Assembly (NCBI GenBank): GCA_030916945.1
Contig: JAUPVS010000001.1
Span: forward strand, 2,138-66,137
Source of the DNA: Patescibacteria group bacterium
GTDB lineage: Bacteria > Patescibacteriota > Saccharimonadia > Saccharimonadales > JAUPVS01
Direction: 5' to 3'
DNA length: 64,000 nt
Positions 61,995 through 64,000 of the stretch are shown piece by piece (position 1 is the stretch's first letter; each line of letters opens with the position of its first letter). The translations under genes and the position numbers were made by a program. The notes beneath the pieces were generated by a model. That model saw only the letters and a program-made list of their open reading frames with translations, was not told the DNA's origin and did no database searches.

Positions 61995-63084
61995 AGAACT
62001 CGACCCAACCACCGAGATTATTTATGTCGGTGAACGCGGTAGTCGTTTTAGCAGTATGACCAAAGGCCAGGCGGTGTTCGATCGTCAATACAAGATCTTT
62101 GCCGGCAAGTTTCGCCGTTACCACGGAGAGTCATGGTTTAAACGACTGCTAGATGTCAAAACCAACTTACGCAACCTGCGCGATTTGTTTTATGTCTTTT
62201 TGGGTATCATCGAAAGCTGGTTCTTGTTAAGGCGCCTAAAGCCAGACGTCATCTTGCTAAAGGGTGGTTTTGTGGGCGTCCCGATTGGCCTAGCCGCCCG
62301 TCATAAGTATCCGTTAGTAACCCATGATTCCGATGCCATTCCGGGTATGGCTAACCGCCTGGTTAGTCGTTGGGCGACTTATCACGCTACCGGTATGCCG
62401 CCCCAGTATTACAAGTATCCGTCTGAAAAGATGCGCTATACCGGCGTTATTGTGAGTGATAACTATCAGAAAGTAACCGGTAAGCTGCTGCAACAATACC
62501 GCCATGATCTGGACTTGCCGGCCGACGCCCAAGTGCTGATGATCACCGGTGGCAGCAATGGTGCTCAAAGCATTAACTTAGCCCTGGCCGGCTTTGCCGA
62601 CGATCTGTTAAAAGACATGTCTAAACTTCATATTATTCATCAGGTTGGGGTGGGGAATGAAACAGTCTACGGTCACTACACTCATAAACGTCTGCAGGTC
62701 TACGGCTTGATGCCCTACAGCGACCTCTATAAATACAGTGGTGCGGCCGACGTGATAGTGACACGGGCCGGTGCCAACACCATCGCCGAATATGGCATCC
62801 AGGCCAAGGCTTGCATTATCATCCCAAACCCTTTGCTGACTGGTGGCCATCAAACCAAGAATGCTCAATATCTTAAGGAAGAAGGTGCTGCCTTGATTCT
62901 GGACCAAGACCAGTTGGTGACTAACCATGGGCAGGCTCTAAAAGAAGCCATTACTGATCTGTTAAATGACCAAAAAAAGCGTCATGAGTTGGGGCAAAAA
63001 CTACATAATCTGGCTGTGCCAGAGGCCGCTTTGAGTCTGGCCCAGCTATTGGTAACGGCGGCCAAACGGGCAGGGGAGAAGTAG
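61921..63084 (+). CDS. murG: UDP-GlcNAc:lipid I GlcNAc transferase MurG
   Basis: LLTGGGTGGHITP N-terminus, C-terminal RAGANTIAE; GGGAGGG SD. Overlaps the ftsW 3' end by 74 nt. Confidence 0.9.
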   Translation: MKVLLTGGGTGGHITPLLAVAHKLKELDPTTEIIYVGERGSRFSSMTKGQAVFDRQYKIFAGKFRRYHGESWFKRLLDVKTNLRNLRDLFYVFLGIIESWFLLRRLKPDVILLKGGFVGVPIGLAARHKYPLVTHDSDAIPGMANRLVSRWATYHATGMPPQYYKYPSEKMRYTGVIVSDNYQKVTGKLLQQYRHDLDLPADAQVLMITGGSNGAQSINLALAGFADDLLKDMSKLHIIHQVGVGNETVYGHYTHKRLQVYGLMPYSDLYKYSGAADVIVTRAGANTIAEYGIQAKACIIIPNPLLTGGHQTKNAQYLKEEGAALILDQDQLVTNHGQALKEAITDLLNDQKKRHELGQKLHNLAVPEAALSLAQLLVTAAKRAGEK

Positions 63085-63087
63085 CTA

Positions 63088-64000
63088 GTGATTAAGTTCC
63101 GTCGCGCCAAACCAACGCCCGGTCGTCAAGAACGTAACCCAGGCCAGCCCAAAAAGCCGGTCTTTTCTTACAATACCAACCAGACAATTCGAGCATCTAG
63201 CCAGAGTAGGGAAGACAACGACCAGTCACGCCCGCGACCAGCTAAGACTAGCTCCAAAGCTGGTTCATTTTGGGAGAATAACTGGGTGCGAAACTTTCCG
63301 TCGTTAGTCGCGTTGGCAGCGGTTACGGTGAGCGTACTTTATTGTCTGGGCCTAACCACTAACCCCAAGGTCGTCGTTTCGGCGAATAGCCCGCAGGCCA
63401 TCGTGCTGCGTGACAAGGTTGACTACGAAGTTGGCGCCCAGAAGATTCTTAGCCAGTCGCTGCTTAGTCGGACGAAATTTACAGTTAACGCCGGAGGTTT
63501 TGAAAAAGCTTTTCGAGCTGAATTTCCTGAGGTCGACCAAGTGTCATTGACGTTGCCGCTGGTAAGTCGTCGCCCAATCGTAACCCTGAGTATTGCCCAG
63601 CCACAGCTCATCCTGACGGCTAATAGCCAGGCCTACGTATTGGACAAGCGTGGCACAGTAATCATGCCCGCCAAGGAACTCAGTTCGACAGTGCGGGCTA
63701 CCTTGCCGGTTGTTAACGACCAGAGTGGCTTAGAAGTGGCGACCGGTAAGACCGTGCTGCCAACTGAGGATATCCAGTTTATAACAGAGGTGGTAGCGCA
63801 GCTTAAAGCTAAACAAATCGGTATCGAGAGTATTACTCTGCCTAAGGTGGCTCAACAGGTTGATATTAAGATTGCTGGACAACCCTATTATGTAAAGTTC
63901 AGCGTTAACTCACAGGCTAGGGAAGCAGTTGGCACCTTTTTGGCCACCAAGAAAAAGTTAGAAGAAACCAAAGTCACGCCAAGTCAGTACATAGATGTCA
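63088..64000 (+). CDS. ftsQ: FtsQ/DivIB-like cell division protein (3' end outside window)
   Basis: Own translation from GTG 63088 is open to the window end (not in the ORF track because it has no stop). Basic N-terminus, one TM (FPSLVALAAVTVSVLYCLGL), beta-rich POTRA-like region; located after murG. Confidence 0.6.
   Translation, partial: MIKFRRAKPTPGRQERNPGQPKKPVFSYNTNQTIRASSQSREDNDQSRPRPAKTSSKAGSFWENNWVRNFPSLVALAAVTVSVLYCLGLTTNPKVVVSANSPQAIVLRDKVDYEVGAQKILSQSLLSRTKFTVNAGGFEKAFRAEFPEVDQVSLTLPLVSRRPIVTLSIAQPQLILTANSQAYVLDKRGTVIMPAKELSSTVRATLPVVNDQSGLEVATGKTVLPTEDIQFITEVVAQLKAKQIGIESITLPKVAQQVDIKIAGQPYYVKFSVNSQAREAVGTFLATKKKLEETKVTPSQYIDV

Noticed and set aside
1-64000. UGA recoding (alternative genetic code)
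   Set aside because: RF2 with an SPF motif is present. TGA also terminates ftsE, xseB and other conserved genes at the expected lengths. I saw no conserved gene interrupted by an in-frame TGA.

Overview
Gene-dense 64-kb window with about 62 protein-coding genes and a strong + strand bias. I see no rRNA or tRNA genes, no CRISPR array, and no transposase, integrase or phage genes.

Content is mostly housekeeping: ileS (5' truncated), rplU, parAB, lepB, an LCP protein, htrA, prmC-prfA, rpmE, rpsB-tsf-frr-uppS-rseP, proS, greA, class-I LysRS, msrA, serS-hpf, secA, prfB, ftsEX followed by a coiled-coil/CHAP hydrolase and an S41 protease, pyrG, rpmA, xseA/xseB, recO, glyQS, and a dcw cluster mraZ-rsmH-ftsL-ftsI-mraY-ftsW-murG-ftsQ (3' truncated).

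Several conserved operons are stripped down. pyrH and cdsA are missing from the rpsB cluster, the mur ligases are missing from the dcw cluster, and rplU is separated from rpmA. This fits a reduced-genome bacterium of the Patescibacteria/CPR type, possibly Saccharibacteria, but that placement is inference only. The genetic code looks standard: RF1, RF2 and PrmC are all present, and TGA terminates conserved genes at the expected lengths.

Most notable observations:
1. A heliorhodopsin gene with all key retinal-pocket residues. It heads a tightly packed HAD-RsmE-Cas4-like nuclease string, and no retinal synthesis genes are nearby.
2. Pervasive leaderless transcription units, with a -10 box 6-8 nt upstream of the ATG, including back-to-back divergent pairs.
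3. Two tandem, very acidic paralogous orphan proteins, each preceded by a conserved 42-nt hairpin motif. They belong to a scattered class of orphan genes with atypical codon usage.
4. A four-box GTGGGTA MraZ-type operator array.
5. An unusual 320-nt G-depleted, CA-rich mraZ-rsmH spacer bracketed by a perfect 16-bp inverted repeat.
6. A stand-alone receiver protein with Glu at the phospho-acceptor position, translationally coupled to recO.

No database search or folding computation was possible. All homology calls rest on motif recognition by eye.
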